Position numbers and translations under genes: made by a program. 64,000 nucleotides of DNA from Escherichia coli. Lineage in GTDB: Bacteria > Pseudomonadota > Gammaproteobacteria > Enterobacterales > Enterobacteriaceae. Below are positions 30,351 through 42,825 of the stretch, piece after piece. Numbering within the stretch: the stretch's first letter is position 1; each line of letters begins with the position of its first letter. The stretch is from NCBI RefSeq assembly GCF_003991155.1, contig NZ_CP031293.1; one strand, given 5' to 3'. Below the pieces are notes generated by a model. The model was given only the letters and a program-made list of their open reading frames with translations. It was not told the DNA's origin and made no database searches.

Positions 30351-31454
30351 TCATGCACCCACTAAATGCAGGCAAACATCCGGGCCTACATGACGTATCT
30401 CTTTGAATTTAAATTGGGGGGCGTCGGCTAATTTCTCAAGCCCTGGCAGCGAGCATAATCCACGGGCGTCGCTGCCTAATAGTTTAGGTGCGATATAGAC
30501 AATCAGCTCATCGACTAACCCCGCCTGTAGCAATGCGCCAGCGAGCGTTGGCCCCGCTTCCACCCAGATGCTGTTAATTTGCTGTTTACCCAGTTGCATC
30601 ATCAGTACAACCAGATCCAGATGACCTTTATGCTCTGGAATCAGCAAGGTACGCACCGTTTCCGGCCACTCACGAGAATCATCCTGAGTACGCGCGAACC
30701 AAGTTTCGCCGGGCTGCTGCACAATGCGATGTTCCGGCGTCACGCGATTTTGGCTATCAATCACAATACGTATCGGCTGACGGAGATTTTGTTGCGGATA
30801 GAGCGCCTGAGTTTGTTCATCCAGTTCAGACCAACGCACTGTTAAGGCTGGATCATCCGCCAGCACCGTGGCGCTGCTGGTTAAAATGGCATGACTTTGT
30901 GCGCGCAGTCGTTGTACGTCGCGCCGCGCCTGAGGCGAAGTGATCCACTGGCTTTCGCCGCTCGCCATCGCCGTGCGGCCATCAAGCGATGCGCCAAGTT
31001 TTAACTGAATATAAGGAAAGCCGGTGCGCATCCGCTTGAGAAAGCCTTTATTCAATTGCTCGGCTTCACTCATCATCAACCCGTGGCTGACGTCAATACC
31101 AGCCTGTTGTAGACGGTAAAGTCCACGCCCAGCGACCTGCGGATTGGGGTCTTGCATTGCAGCAACCACGCGCGCCACGCCCGCAGCAATTAATGCATCA
31201 CAACACGGTGGCGTACGACCATGATGGCTACAGGGTTCGAGTGTGACATACGCCGTTGCGCCTTTGGCTTTTTCGCCGGCCATGCGCAACGCGTGTACCT
31301 CGGCATGCGGTTCACCCGCTCGTTGATGGTAACCTTCACCGACAGTTTCGCCATCTTTGACAATGACGCACCCGACATTCGGGTTGGGATGCGTGGTAAA
31401 ACGTCCTCGTTGCGCCAGCTTTAGCGCCCGCGCCATGTAATACTCGTCCTGCAC
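30351..31454 (-). CDS. ribD: Riboflavin biosynthesis bifunctional deaminase/reductase
   Basis: 367 aa; cytidine-deaminase zinc motifs HAEVHAL and [12 protein letters not shown]. Confidence 0.95.
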
Positions 31455-31457
31455 GGC

Positions 31458-31943
<486 letters not shown>

Positions 31944-32057
31944 TTACCCTGAACTGACGATACAACAAAGGCGCAACGCTTTTGAGATAAAGGATCGATG
32001 CTTTCACTGCTTTTACCCTCTACCATTAGGCTAATTGCGACGAGAAAGGGACGACCT

Positions 32058-32190
32058 ATGAATACTAACGTTTTTCGACTGCTCCTGCTGGGAAGCCTGT
32101 TCAGCCTTAGCGCCTGTGTGCAGCAAAGCGAAGTGCGGCAGATGAAACACAGCGTCAGCACACTGAACCAGGAGATGACGCAACTCATTG
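32058..32190 (+). pseudogene. yajI: yajI 5' fragment (lipoprotein signal and first ~44 codons), interrupted by an IS insertion
   Basis: MNTNVFRLLLLGSLFSLSACVQQSEVRQMKHSVSTLNQEMTQL..., then the frame runs into IS sequence and stops at 32246; the rest of a YajI-sized protein resumes about 1.76 kb downstream. Confidence 0.7.
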
Positions 32191-32230
32191 ACATCCTCCA
32201 CGCCCTGAAGGACGTGGATCCCTGCTACGT

Positions 32231-33439
32231 TCAGGCTGTCGCCTGAATCATTTCGGTGGGTTCCTGCTTCAACGGGCGGCCTGACTGCACCATCCCTCCA
32301 CAGGCAAGAACGGCGTGCCCCGCCGCTAAAATGTTACGAGCGCCATTTACATCGGCGTTCGCTGTATATCCACATACCTGGCATCTGAATTGACTTTGTG
32401 ACAGGCGATTTTCTTTCGCTGTATGACCACAGCACGTGCAACGCTGGCTTGTGTACGCTGGCGGAACAGCAAGCACCTGACCGCCACGCCAGAGCTGCTT
32501 GTACTCAAGCTGGCGGCGCATTTCATACCAGCCCTGATCCAGTACCGAACGGTTTAAACCTGATTTTGCCCGGACATTGCGTCCCGGCTGGCTGACCGTA
32601 CCCGCTGCTGACTTTGACATGTTGCTGACCTTCAAATCCTCAATGACTATCATTGCGTGGTTTTTGCTGACGGTCGTTGTGACTTTGTGAAGGTAGTCCC
32701 TGCGGATATTTGCGATACGGGAATGCAGTCGCTGTATTTTGCGTTTCTGCTTCTGCCAGTTATTGCTGAATTCGACCTTGCGGCTTAACTGTCGCTGAAG
32801 TCTCGCCAGCGTCTTCTGGTTTTTCTGAAAACTGTTTACAGGCTCAAAGACTGTGCCATCTGACAGCGTGGCGAGTTTAGCCACGCCAGCATCCAGCCCG
32901 ACCATTGATGCTGAAGGGTGAACCGGAGTGGATACTTCACTTTCTGTCTGAATACTGATGTACCACTTACCGCAGGACTGGCTGACAGTGACATTTTTCA
33001 CAACACCCGTGACCTGACGGCTGTTCCGGTAGCGCATCCAGCCCAGTTTCGGCAGAAAAATACGGCTGTTTTCCTGATCGAGCTTAACGCCCTGCGGGTA
33101 GCGGAATGCATCATTCTGTCCCCGCTTTTTGAATCGGGGAAAAGCAGCCCGCTTCTGGAAGAAGTTTTTGTAAGCCCGCTCAAGGTCTTTCAGTGACTGT
33201 TGCAATGGCTGTGAGGGCGAATCTTTAAGCCATTGCGTTCCAGTGGCGTTTTTCCACTCAACCAGCCAGGAAGCCATTTTCCCGTAAGGGATGTATTTAT
33301 TACCGGCCTCATGATTCTCATTCTGAAGCGCCAGAGCACGATTGAAAACGAAACGACATGCGCCTGCGAAGCGCCTCATTTCATGCTCCTGTTGACCACC
33401 GGGTCTTAACTGGAATTTAAATGCCTGTAGTCGTTTCAC
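32231..33439 (-). CDS. tnpB: TnpB (IS605 OrfB; RuvC-like RNA-guided endonuclease), apparently intact
   Basis: 402 aa; RuvC-like motifs [24 protein letters not shown] and [13 protein letters not shown], and a C-terminal zinc finger CTCCGH...CQVCGY. Confidence 0.85.
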   Translation of the reverse strand: MKRLQAFKFQLRPGGQQEHEMRRFAGACRFVFNRALALQNENHEAGNKYIPYGKMASWLVEWKNATGTQWLKDSPSQPLQQSLKDLERAYKNFFQKRAAFPRFKKRGQNDAFRYPQGVKLDQENSRIFLPKLGWMRYRNSRQVTGVVKNVTVSQSCGKWYISIQTESEVSTPVHPSASMVGLDAGVAKLATLSDGTVFEPVNSFQKNQKTLARLQRQLSRKVEFSNNWQKQKRKIQRLHSRIANIRRDYLHKVTTTVSKNHAMIVIEDLKVSNMSKSAAGTVSQPGRNVRAKSGLNRSVLDQGWYEMRRQLEYKQLWRGGQVLAVPPAYTSQRCTCCGHTAKENRLSQSQFRCQVCGYTANADVNGARNILAAGHAVLACGGMVQSGRPLKQEPTEMIQATA

Positions 33440-33454
33440 AGGTCAAATTATATT

Positions 33455-33938
33455 TTGGTCTGTGAAAAAAGAAACCGATATCCGGCGTGGAAGGCATTGT
33501 GTTTTCCTGATGCATGTTCACCTGGTCTTTGTCCCAAATACCGACGCCAGATTTTTGACCATGACGCGACAGAAAAACTACGCACTTACTTTTCAAATGT
33601 ATGTGCTGATTTTGAAGCTGAACGGGTTGAAATGGATGGCGAACCAGATCACGTCCATTTGTTAATTAACTATCCTCCCAAACTGGCGATATCCAGTCTG
33701 GTAAACAGCCTCAAAGGTGTATCGGGTAGGTGACTGCGACGAGATCGACCAGATATTGCAGTCAGGTATTACTACAAAGGCGTTTTGTGGAGTCCTGGCT
33801 ATTTTGCCAGTAGCTGCGGAGGTGCGCCAATATCCGTCATCCGCCAATACATTGAACAACAGCAAACACCTGGTCAGGTGGAAAACCGCGCCTTATATCC
33901 CCGCCCTGAAGGACGGGGTTTTACGGCGCACCGGATAA
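33455..33938 (+). pseudogene. tnpA: tnpA (IS200-type HuH transposase) remnant with frameshift and in-frame stop
   Basis: Three pieces: HVHLVFV (frame from 33462), then PKYRRQIF...DHVHLLINYPPKLAISSLVNSLKGVSGR ending at TGA 33729, then LRRDRPDIAVRYYYKGVLWSPGYFASSCGGAPISVIRQYIEQQ after the stop. The conserved Tyr region (RQYIEQ) lies beyond the stop. Confidence 0.7.
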
Positions 33939-33945
33939 AGAAACC

Positions 33946-34344
33946 GTCAAAATCACTCAGCAAAACAGGCTGAATGCAAAATCCAGCAGTGGGGTTTACC
34001 TTCTGCCTGGAGCGAAAACACCGGCAAGACTGGAAAGCCAGATCGGTACTTTACGTATGTCGCTAGTGAATATTACGCATGATACAGATGGCACCACCCT
34101 GACGCTACGTATTCAGGGCGAGTCGAATGACCCCTTGCCCGCATTCAGCGGAACTGTTGAATATGGGCAAATTCAGGGAACAATAGACAACTTTCAGGAA
34201 ATCAATTTGCAGAATCAATTGATTAATGCCCCTGCCAGCGTCCTCGTCCCCAGCGATGTTGATATTCCGTTACAGTTAAAGGGGATTTCTGTAGAACAGT
34301 TAGACTTTGTACGTATCCACGACATTCAACCTGTTATGCAGTAA
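33946..34344 (+). pseudogene. yajI: yajI 3' fragment (C-terminal ~132 codons), separated from the 5' fragment by the IS
   Basis: Open frame ...TVKITQQNRLNAKSSSGVYLLPGAKTPARLESQIGTLRMSLVNITHDTDGTTLTLRIQGE...IHDIQPVMQ; with the 5' fragment it totals about 176 aa, a plausible full-length lipoprotein. Confidence 0.6.
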
Positions 34345-34642
34345 ACGTATAGCGGGGCGATTTTGTGCGTCCCGCAACATCTTTTCCCGTCATTTTGTTA
34401 CTCCGCTTACATCACCTGGATTGATAGTAAAAGTTTGCAACAAGGGTGAAAGTCAGTACAATCCCCGCCCGAATGTGTGTAAACGTGAACGCAATCGATT
34501 ACGTAAATGATAGAACTGTGAAACGAAACATATTTTTGTGAGCAATGATTTTTATAATAGGCTCCTCTGTATACGAAATATTTAGAAACGCAATTTGCGC
34601 CTTTTTCACTCCCGCAAGGGATTTTCAAACAGTGGCATACAT

Positions 34643-35527
34643 ATGAAAAAAACATTACTGGCAGCCGGTGCGGTACTGGCGCTCTCTTCGTCTTTTACTG
34701 TCAACGCAGCTGAAAACGACAAACCGCAGTATCTTTCCGACTGGTGGCACCAGAGCGTTAACGTTGTCGGAAGCTATCACACCCGTTTCGGACCGCAGAT
34801 CCGCAACGATACCTACCTTGAGTACGAAGCATTCGCTAAAAAAGACTGGTTCGACTTCTATGGTTATGCGGATGCGCCGGTATTCTTCGGCGGTAACTCC
34901 GATGCAAAAGGTATCTGGAACCACGGTTCTCCGCTGTTTATGGAAATCGAACCGCGTTTCTCCATCGACAAACTGACCAATACTGACCTTAGCTTCGGTC
35001 CGTTCAAAGAGTGGTACTTCGCGAACAACTACATTTACGACATGGGTCGTAATAAAGATGGTCGCCAGAGCACCTGGTACATGGGTCTGGGTACCGACAT
35101 CGATACTGGTCTGCCGATGAGCCTGTCCATGAACGTCTATGCGAAATACCAGTGGCAGAACTATGGCGCAGCGAACGAAAACGAGTGGGACGGTTACCGT
35201 TTCAAAATTAAATACTTTGTGCCGATTACCGATCTGTGGGGCGGTCAGCTGAGCTACATCGGCTTCACCAACTTCGACTGGGGTTCCGATTTAGGGGATG
35301 ACAGCGGTAACGCAATCAACGGTATTAAGACCCGTACTAATAACTCTATCGCTTCCAGCCATATTCTGGCTCTGAACTACGATCATTGGCACTACTCTGT
35401 CGTAGCTCGTTACTGGCACGACGGTGGTCAGTGGAACGACGATGCAGAACTGAACTTCGGCAACGGCAACTTCAACGTTCGCTCTACCGGCTGGGGTGGT
35501 TACCTGGTAGTAGGTTACAACTTCTAA
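34643..35527 (+). CDS. tsx: Nucleoside-specific outer-membrane channel Tsx
   Basis: ORF 34595..35527; signal peptide [25 protein letters not shown] begins at 34643; beta-barrel ending in ...[12 protein letters not shown]. Confidence 0.95.
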
Positions 35528-35564
35528 TTGTGAGAATGCCGGATTTCATATCCGGCATTTTTTA

Positions 35565-35912
35565 TCACTTCTTCTTGTTCATCATCGCTTTCAGGTCAGC
35601 GAATGGGTTGTACTTCGCTTCACCGACATCTTTCTGCGCATCTTCCCCTGCGATAACGGTCGTACCATACTGATCCGCTTCGGTATATTTCGAATGCTCA
35701 TGATCGTGGCAATAGAGACAAAGCAATTCCCAGTTACTGCCATCTTCCGGGTTATTGGTATGGTCGTGATCAATGTGGTGAACGGTAAGTTCACGCAGGT
35801 TGGAATAAACAAACTCACGGGAACAGCGACCGCAGACCCACGGATAGATTTTTAATGCTTTTTCGCGATAGCCGCTTTCTAACCGCGCATAGTTTTTTGG
35901 GATGATAGCCAT
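35565..35912 (-). CDS. yajD: HNH-endonuclease-family protein YajD
   Basis: 115 aa MAIIPKNYARLESGYREKALKIYPWVCGRCSREFVYSNLRELTVHHIDHDHTNNPEDGSNWELLCLYCHDHEH (HNH/zinc motif). Confidence 0.9.
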   Translation of the reverse strand: MAIIPKNYARLESGYREKALKIYPWVCGRCSREFVYSNLRELTVHHIDHDHTNNPEDGSNWELLCLYCHDHEHSKYTEADQYGTTVIAGEDAQKDVGEAKYNPFADLKAMMNKKK

Positions 35913-35999
35913 GAAAAGTTACCTGGATGAAATGTAGGGTTACGCGCAGTTTCCCAAGATGCGGGGATTTTCGCAATCCTGAGTCAAGAAATTCTCACA

Positions 36000-36314
36000 T
36001 TACCAGTGACGGCGAGGTTCCATCAGCTGATGAAGAATGCGCGCAATGAGAATGTCATCGACTCTTATAACGTAATAAACAGTGTGAAACCTAAATGCGA
36101 TCTTCTTTACCTCTGGAATCGCATCATAGTCTTGCCCTATCTCGGGCATTTGAGAGAGTGTATCCAGAAAAATGCCGAGAGAGTCGGTGTAGCGATCCGC
36201 CTGCTCCTCACCAAACTTTCCCAGCGTGTAGTCATAGATCCCTCTGAAATCTTCAACAGCTTTTCCGCTAAGCTTATACACGATGTTTTTGCTTCCTTTC
36301 TGCTGCGATATCAC
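36000..36314 (-). CDS. parE: ParE/RelE-superfamily toxin (type II TA)
   Basis: 104 aa from GTG at 36314; ...IVYKLSGKAVEDFRGIYDY...HTVYYVIRVDDILIARILHQLMEPRRHW matches the ParE pattern; overlaps upstream antitoxin gene by 41 nt. Confidence 0.7.
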   Translation of the reverse strand: MISQQKGSKNIVYKLSGKAVEDFRGIYDYTLGKFGEEQADRYTDSLGIFLDTLSQMPEIGQDYDAIPEVKKIAFRFHTVYYVIRVDDILIARILHQLMEPRRHW

Positions 36315-36516
36315 GAAGCGTCATCGAACTTTCACCGCTCTCAAGACCTTCAATAACAGCATTTCTGACAGCTTCATCCCTGGATTCTTGTTGTTCCAAT
36401 AGACGAAGCGCTGAACGCATTACTTCACTGGCCGAGCCATAACGACCAGACTGGACCATCCGTGTAATAAAACTATCTAATTGTTCGCCAACGCTTACTG
36501 AGGTAATTTTGCGCAT
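36274..36516 (-). CDS. parD: ParD-like antitoxin (ribbon-helix-helix)
   Basis: 80 aa MRKITSVSVGEQLDSFITRMVQSGRYGSASEVMRSALRLLEQQESRDEAV..., matching the ParD G-x-Y-x-SASE-V-x-R-x-A-x-R-x-L signature; RBS ggaga upstream. Confidence 0.7.
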   Translation of the reverse strand: MRKITSVSVGEQLDSFITRMVQSGRYGSASEVMRSALRLLEQQESRDEAVRNAVIEGLESGESSMTLRDIAAERKQKHRV

Positions 36517-36529
36517 AAGCGATCTCCAT

Positions 36530-36546
36530 GTATTAACTATTAATAC
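36530..36546. promoter_or_regulatory. Perfect palindrome upstream of parD (candidate operator, includes a -10-like tattaat)
   Basis: gtattaa-cta-ttaatac, 14-30 nt upstream of the parD start. Confidence 0.45.
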
Positions 36547-36666
36547 AAAGTATATGTCAGAACTCTTTCTACAACCAAACCGTATTCAGTTGCATGTGAA
36601 ACAGGCAAAAAAAACCGCAGCGCAAATACGCCACGGTTTTTTTAACAGAACGGATTTAAAACACCC

Positions 36667-37638
36667 TTAAGGCAGAATTGACGGCTGATCCGCCCCTTCT
36701 TTTTCCACTTTCTGCTGCAGCATGTGTTCGCGCTTCATACCCAGTTTCAGAGCCAGCGCCGATGCTACGTAGATGGAAGATGCAGTACCGATGGAAACAC
36801 CGATAAGCATGGTCAGCGAGAAGCCTTCCAGTACCGGACCACCGAAGAGGTACAGCATCAGGATAACCATCAAGGTAGTACCGGATGTGATCAAGGTACG
36901 GTGCAGCGTCTGGGTCAAGGACACGTTAAAGATTTCGTAAGGCGTACCGCGACGGATCTTGCGGAAGTTTTCACGAATACGGTCCGATACCACGATACTG
37001 TCGTTAAGCGAGTAACCGATAACTGACATCAACGATGCCACAATGGTCAGGTCAATCTCGATATGGAATAACGACAAAATACCCAGCGTAATGATAACGT
37101 CGTGCGCCAGCGCAATAACAACCCCTGCCGCCAGTCGCCACTCAAAGCGGAAACCTACGTACACGAGGATAGACAGCAGCGCCGCCATCAACGCCATCGC
37201 ACCGGTTTGCGCAAGGTCTGCCCCCACGCTCGGCCCGACGAACTCAATACGCTTCACTGCCGCATTCTGATTGGTGGATTCGTTAATCACCTTCAAGACC
37301 TGGCTGCCCAGCACCTGACCGCCGGTTTCGCCTTCAGCAGGCGGCATACGGACCATGATGTCGTGGCTGCTACCAAAGTTTTGCAGCATCGGCTCTTCAA
37401 AACCGGCTTTTTGCAATGCATCACGCATTACGTCAATTTCAGCCGGTTTTTCGAGCGTAATTTCAATAACCGTACCACCGGTGAAATCCAGCCCCCAGTT
37501 AAAGCCGCGCACGCCCATAATAACGATAGCGGCGATTAACAGCAGACCAGAGATGCCGAAAGCCCAGTAGTCCCAGCGCATAAAGTCATAGACTTTACGG
37601 CCGTGGTTTAGTTGTTCAACAGTATATTCCTGTGCCAC
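36667..37638 (-). CDS. secF: Protein translocase subunit SecF
   Basis: ORF 36667..37683; recognised protein begins (V)[38 protein letters not shown] at GTG 37638. Confidence 0.9.
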
Positions 37639-37648
37639 ATCGCACTCC

Positions 37649-39496
37649 TCAGATTGACAGCTTCTTGACGCGCTTGCCGCCATATAGCAGGTTTACGATG
37701 GCACGCGTACCGACAATCGCGGTAAACATCGACGTCGCCACACCGATACCGGTAGTAATCGCGAACCCTTTAATTGCCCCGGTACCCACTGCGTACAGGA
37801 TGGTGACTTTAATCAGCGTGGTGATGTTCGCATCGAAGATGGAACTGAATGCGCCACGATAACCTTCATCAATTGCCTGTTGAACAGTACGTCCGTTGCT
37901 CAACTCTTCTTTAATACGTTCGTTGATCAGTACGTTCGCGTCGACCGCTACCGCAAGGGTTAAGACGATACCCGCGATACCTGGCATACTCAGCGTTGCG
38001 CCTGGCAACAGCGACATAATACCGACGATCAAGATCAAGTTGGCAATCAGAGCACTGGTCGCAATCAGACCAAACTTCTTATAGAAGATGATCATGAACA
38101 GAATAGAAACCAGCAGACCGGCAAGGCAAGCCTCCAGCCCCTGCTCAATGTTCTGCATACCCAGGGTCGGGCCAATTGTACGTTCTTCAACAATCTGAAT
38201 CGGCGCGATCAACGCACCGGCACGCAGCAGCAGTGACAGCTGACGGGCTTCGTTCGGGTTGTTGATGCCGGTGATACGGAAGCTGTTACCCAGACGAGAC
38301 TGGATGTTAGCGATGTTAATCACCTCTTCCTGTTTCACCAGAACCGCACGACCGTTAGCATCTTTCTTGCCGCTGTCTTTGTACTCCACAAACAGGGTCG
38401 CCATCGGTTTGCCGATGTTGTCCTTGGTGAAGTTAGACATAATGTTGCCACCTGCGCTGTCGAGCGAGATGTTAACCTGCGGCTGGTTGTATTCGTCCTG
38501 GCTGGAAGTGGAGTCGGTGATATGGTCACCGGTCAGAATTACGCGTTTGTACAGCACAACCGGCTGACCTTCGCGGGTCTGTTTCACTTCAGAGTCGCCC
38601 GGTACGCGGCCGGATGCCGCAGCGGCCTGATCAACGTTGGTGTTTACCAGACGGAATTCCAGCGTTGCCGTCGCACCCAGAATCTCTTTCGCACGCGCGG
38701 TGTCCTGAATACCTGGCAGTTCAACAACGATACGGTCAGCACCCTGACGCTGAACCACCGGCTCCGCCACGCCAAGTTGGTTTACACGGTTACGCAGGAT
38801 ATTAATGTTCTGCTGCACCGCATATTCACGCGCTTCACTCAGACGAGCATCGCTCATTACCGCACGCAGCTGGTTGCTGCCCTGGCTGCTAATCACCAGG
38901 TCCGGATGGCGCTTGCTCAGATACGCAATGGCTTCATCACGAGCTTTAGCATCGCGGAAAGTGATGCTCAGGCCGTAGTTGTTTTCTTTACGAACGGTGG
39001 TATACGGGATGCCCTTTTCACGCAGGTCGCTGCGCAGGCTATCGATGTTTTGTTCCTGGAGTTTGCCAAGCGCGGTGTCCATATCCACTTCCATCAGGAA
39101 GTGAACGCCGCCACGCAGGTCAAGGCCGAGCTTCATCGGCTCAGCATGAATAGCTGCCAGCCAGCGCGGCGTTGCCGGGGCAAGGTTAAGCGCCACGACG
39201 TATTTGTCACCCATAACGCCCATTAATGCTTCACGAGCGCGCAGCTGGGTGTCAGTGGAGTCGAAGCGCGCAAGAATAGCGCCCTCTTCCAGTGCCACAG
39301 ACTTAGCAGTTATTTTTTCTTCTTGTAACGTTTTCTGGACCTGGATCAGCGTTTGCTCACTGGCGGCGACTCCGCGCGCACCAGTGATCTGAACAGCCGG
39401 ATCCTCACCAAACAGGTTGGGAAGCGCATACAGCAGACCGATGACAATCACCACGATCAGCATGACGTACTTCCACAAAGGATAACGGTTTAACAC
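37649..39496 (-). CDS. secD: Protein translocase subunit SecD
   Basis: 615 aa [43 protein letters not shown]... Confidence 0.95.
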   Translation of the reverse strand: MLNRYPLWKYVMLIVVIVIGLLYALPNLFGEDPAVQITGARGVAASEQTLIQVQKTLQEEKITAKSVALEEGAILARFDSTDTQLRAREALMGVMGDKYVVALNLAPATPRWLAAIHAEPMKLGLDLRGGVHFLMEVDMDTALGKLQEQNIDSLRSDLREKGIPYTTVRKENNYGLSITFRDAKARDEAIAYLSKRHPDLVISSQGSNQLRAVMSDARLSEAREYAVQQNINILRNRVNQLGVAEPVVQRQGADRIVVELPGIQDTARAKEILGATATLEFRLVNTNVDQAAAASGRVPGDSEVKQTREGQPVVLYKRVILTGDHITDSTSSQDEYNQPQVNISLDSAGGNIMSNFTKDNIGKPMATLFVEYKDSGKKDANGRAVLVKQEEVINIANIQSRLGNSFRITGINNPNEARQLSLLLRAGALIAPIQIVEERTIGPTLGMQNIEQGLEACLAGLLVSILFMIIFYKKFGLIATSALIANLILIVGIMSLLPGATLSMPGIAGIVLTLAVAVDANVLINERIKEELSNGRTVQQAIDEGYRGAFSSIFDANITTLIKVTILYAVGTGAIKGFAITTGIGVATSMFTAIVGTRAIVNLLYGGKRVKKLSI

Positions 39497-39523
39497 GGCA
39501 ATTCCCTTAGGGAAAAATTTTAA

Positions 39524-39856
39524 TTACAGCGCCTTCATGGTGCCTTTCGGCAGGACGGCAGCTACGAAGTCACGTTTAATAACTACTTCAGTGGTGTCAT
39601 TCAGCGCGATAGCAATGTAGCCGTTTTCCGCTACTTTGGTTACGCGACCAACCAGGCCACCGTTCGTCAGAACTTCATCACCTTTGGCAATGGAGTCCAT
39701 CAGCTTTTTGTGTTCTTTGGTGCGCTTCTGCTGTGGACGCAGGATCATGAAATAGAAAATCAGACCGAATACCACCAGCATCAAAATCAAAGACATCGGG
39801 CTACCTTGCGCCGGTGCACCCGTTGCCGCTACCGCATCAGAAATAAAAAAGCTCAT
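39524..39856 (-). CDS. yajC: Sec translocon accessory protein YajC
   Basis: ORF 39524..39886; recognised protein MSFFISDAVAATGAPAQGSPMSLILMLVVFGLIFYFMILRPQQKRTKEHKKLMDSIAKGDEV begins at 39856. Confidence 0.9.
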   Translation of the reverse strand: MSFFISDAVAATGAPAQGSPMSLILMLVVFGLIFYFMILRPQQKRTKEHKKLMDSIAKGDEVLTNGGLVGRVTKVAENGYIAIALNDTTEVVIKRDFVAAVLPKGTMKAL

Positions 39857-39878
39857 TAAATTTCCCTCATTATTAATA

Positions 39879-41021
<1,143 letters not shown>

Positions 41022-41060
41022 TCAGAAAAACAGTCCAACGTTTAAACCAGCGCCGCGGAA

Positions 41061-42131
41061 TTACTCCCCGACGCGCTCATTAATTGCCTGCGGATTGTAC
41101 GTGATAAACATCGCATCACCGTAACTAAAAAAGCGATATTTCTCTTCTACCGCCGCTTTATAGGCGTTCATAGTGTGTTGATAGCCGGCAAATGCCGAAA
41201 CCAGCATAATCAGCGTCGATTCAGGAAGGTGGAAGTTCGTCACCAGCGCATCGACCACTTTGTACTGGAAGCCGGGATAGATAAAGATTTGGGTATCGTC
41301 AAAGAACGGTTCGATGAGATCGTTTTTCGCCGCCTGGGCCGCGCTTTCCAGCGAACGTACCGAGGTGGTGCCAACCGCAATCACCCGGTTACCGCGCGCT
41401 TTCGCCGCCAGTACCGCGTCTACCACATCCTGCGGTACTTCAGCGTATTCCGAGTGCATGATGTGATCTTCAATGGTGTCGACGCGCACCGGCTGGAAGG
41501 TGCCCGCACCAACGTGCAGGGTGACAAACGCCATCTCCACGCCTTTGGCGCGTAATTTTTCCAGCAAAGGTTCGTCAAAATGCAGACCAGCGGTCGGGGC
41601 TGCAACCGCGCCCGGTTTTTCGCTATAAACGGTTTGATAAAGTTCGCGGTCAGCGTCTTCGTCCGGACGGTCGATATACGGCGGCAGCGGCATATGGCCG
41701 ATGCTGTTGAGGATATCCAGTACCGAACGATCATCATTAAATTCGACTTCAAACAGTGCGCCGTGGCGCGCGGTCATTGTTGCGTTAATACTTTCGTCAT
41801 CGCCCAGCAGCAGTTCTGCGCCAGGTTTTGGCGCTTTCGAGGCGCGAATATGCGCAAGAATGCGTTTGTCGTCGAGCATCCGCTCAACCAGCACTTCAAT
41901 CTTGCCGCCGCTGGCTTTACGCCCAAACAGACGCGCCGGGATCACGCGGGTATTATTAAAAACCAGAAGATCGCCGGGGTTGAGCTTATCGAGTAAATCG
42001 GTGAAAGTACCGTGCGTCAGCGCGCCCGTCGGCCCGTCCAGCGACAGTAAACGACAGCTACTGCGTTCAGGCATGGGATAGTGGGCAATCAGGGATTCGG
42101 GCAATTCAAAGGAGAAATCGGTAACGCGCAT
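41061..42131 (-). CDS. queA: S-adenosylmethionine:tRNA ribosyltransferase-isomerase
   Basis: 356 aa [50 protein letters not shown]... Confidence 0.95.
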   Translation of the reverse strand: MRVTDFSFELPESLIAHYPMPERSSCRLLSLDGPTGALTHGTFTDLLDKLNPGDLLVFNNTRVIPARLFGRKASGGKIEVLVERMLDDKRILAHIRASKAPKPGAELLLGDDESINATMTARHGALFEVEFNDDRSVLDILNSIGHMPLPPYIDRPDEDADRELYQTVYSEKPGAVAAPTAGLHFDEPLLEKLRAKGVEMAFVTLHVGAGTFQPVRVDTIEDHIMHSEYAEVPQDVVDAVLAAKARGNRVIAVGTTSVRSLESAAQAAKNDLIEPFFDDTQIFIYPGFQYKVVDALVTNFHLPESTLIMLVSAFAGYQHTMNAYKAAVEEKYRFFSYGDAMFITYNPQAINERVGE

Positions 42132-42223
42132 GACACTGACTCAGACTAAAATAAGAGGCGGGTAGTCTAGTGCCGGGGCGCTCTCCCTGCAACCTTTACC
42201 CCCCTTTGGATAGAATATAATCG

Positions 42224-42805
42224 ATGAATTTTTTAGCTCACCTGCATTTAGCCCATCTCGCGGAAAGCTCGCTTTCCGGCAATTTGCTGGCTGATTTCGT
42301 ACGCGGAAATCCTGAAGAAAGTTTTCCGCCCGACGTCGTGGCTGGCATTCATATGCATCGGCGCATTGATGTACTAACCGACAATCTGCCGGAAGTCCGC
42401 GAAGCACGGGAATGGTTTCGTAGTGAAACGCGCCGCGTTGCGCCTATTACGCTGGATGTCATGTGGGATCACTTTCTTTCCCGCCACTGGTCGCAGCTGT
42501 CGCCGGACTTTCCGCTACAGGAATTTGTCTGTTATGCCCGCGAGCAAGTGATGACGATTTTGCCGGACTCACCGCCACGTTTTATCAATCTGAACAATTA
42601 CTTGTGGTCAGAGCAGTGGCTGGTGCGCTATCGCGATATGGATTTCATCCAGAACGTGTTAAACGGCATGGCAAGCCGTCGCCCACGTCTGGATGCCCTG
42701 CGTGACTCCTGGTACGATTTAGACGCCCATTACGATGCTCTCGAAACCCGCTTCTGGCAGTTTTATCCGCGGATGATGGCGCAGGCGTCACGCAAGGCGC
42801 TCTGA
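42224..42805 (+). CDS. acpH: Acyl carrier protein phosphodiesterase
   Basis: 193 aa [53 protein letters not shown]... Confidence 0.9.
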   Translation: MNFLAHLHLAHLAESSLSGNLLADFVRGNPEESFPPDVVAGIHMHRRIDVLTDNLPEVREAREWFRSETRRVAPITLDVMWDHFLSRHWSQLSPDFPLQEFVCYAREQVMTILPDSPPRFINLNNYLWSEQWLVRYRDMDFIQNVLNGMASRRPRLDALRDSWYDLDAHYDALETRFWQFYPRMMAQASRKAL

Positions 42806-42825
42806 AACTTCAAGCTCCGGCGTCA

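Larger units (their letters stand above)
32188..33945 (-). mobile_element. IS200/IS605-family insertion sequence with divergent tnpB and tnpA (ends approximate)
   Basis: tnpB (RuvC-like plus zinc finger) and HuH tnpA remnants between the two halves of yajI; subterminal hairpins with an identical loop at both ends, in direct orientation: tccacg-ccctgaagga-cgtgga (32197-32218) and ccccg-ccctgaagga-cgggg (33899-33918). Confidence 0.8.

Noticed and set aside
38522-39226. 234-aa plus-strand ORF inside secD
   Set aside because: Antisense to secD; shadow ORF.
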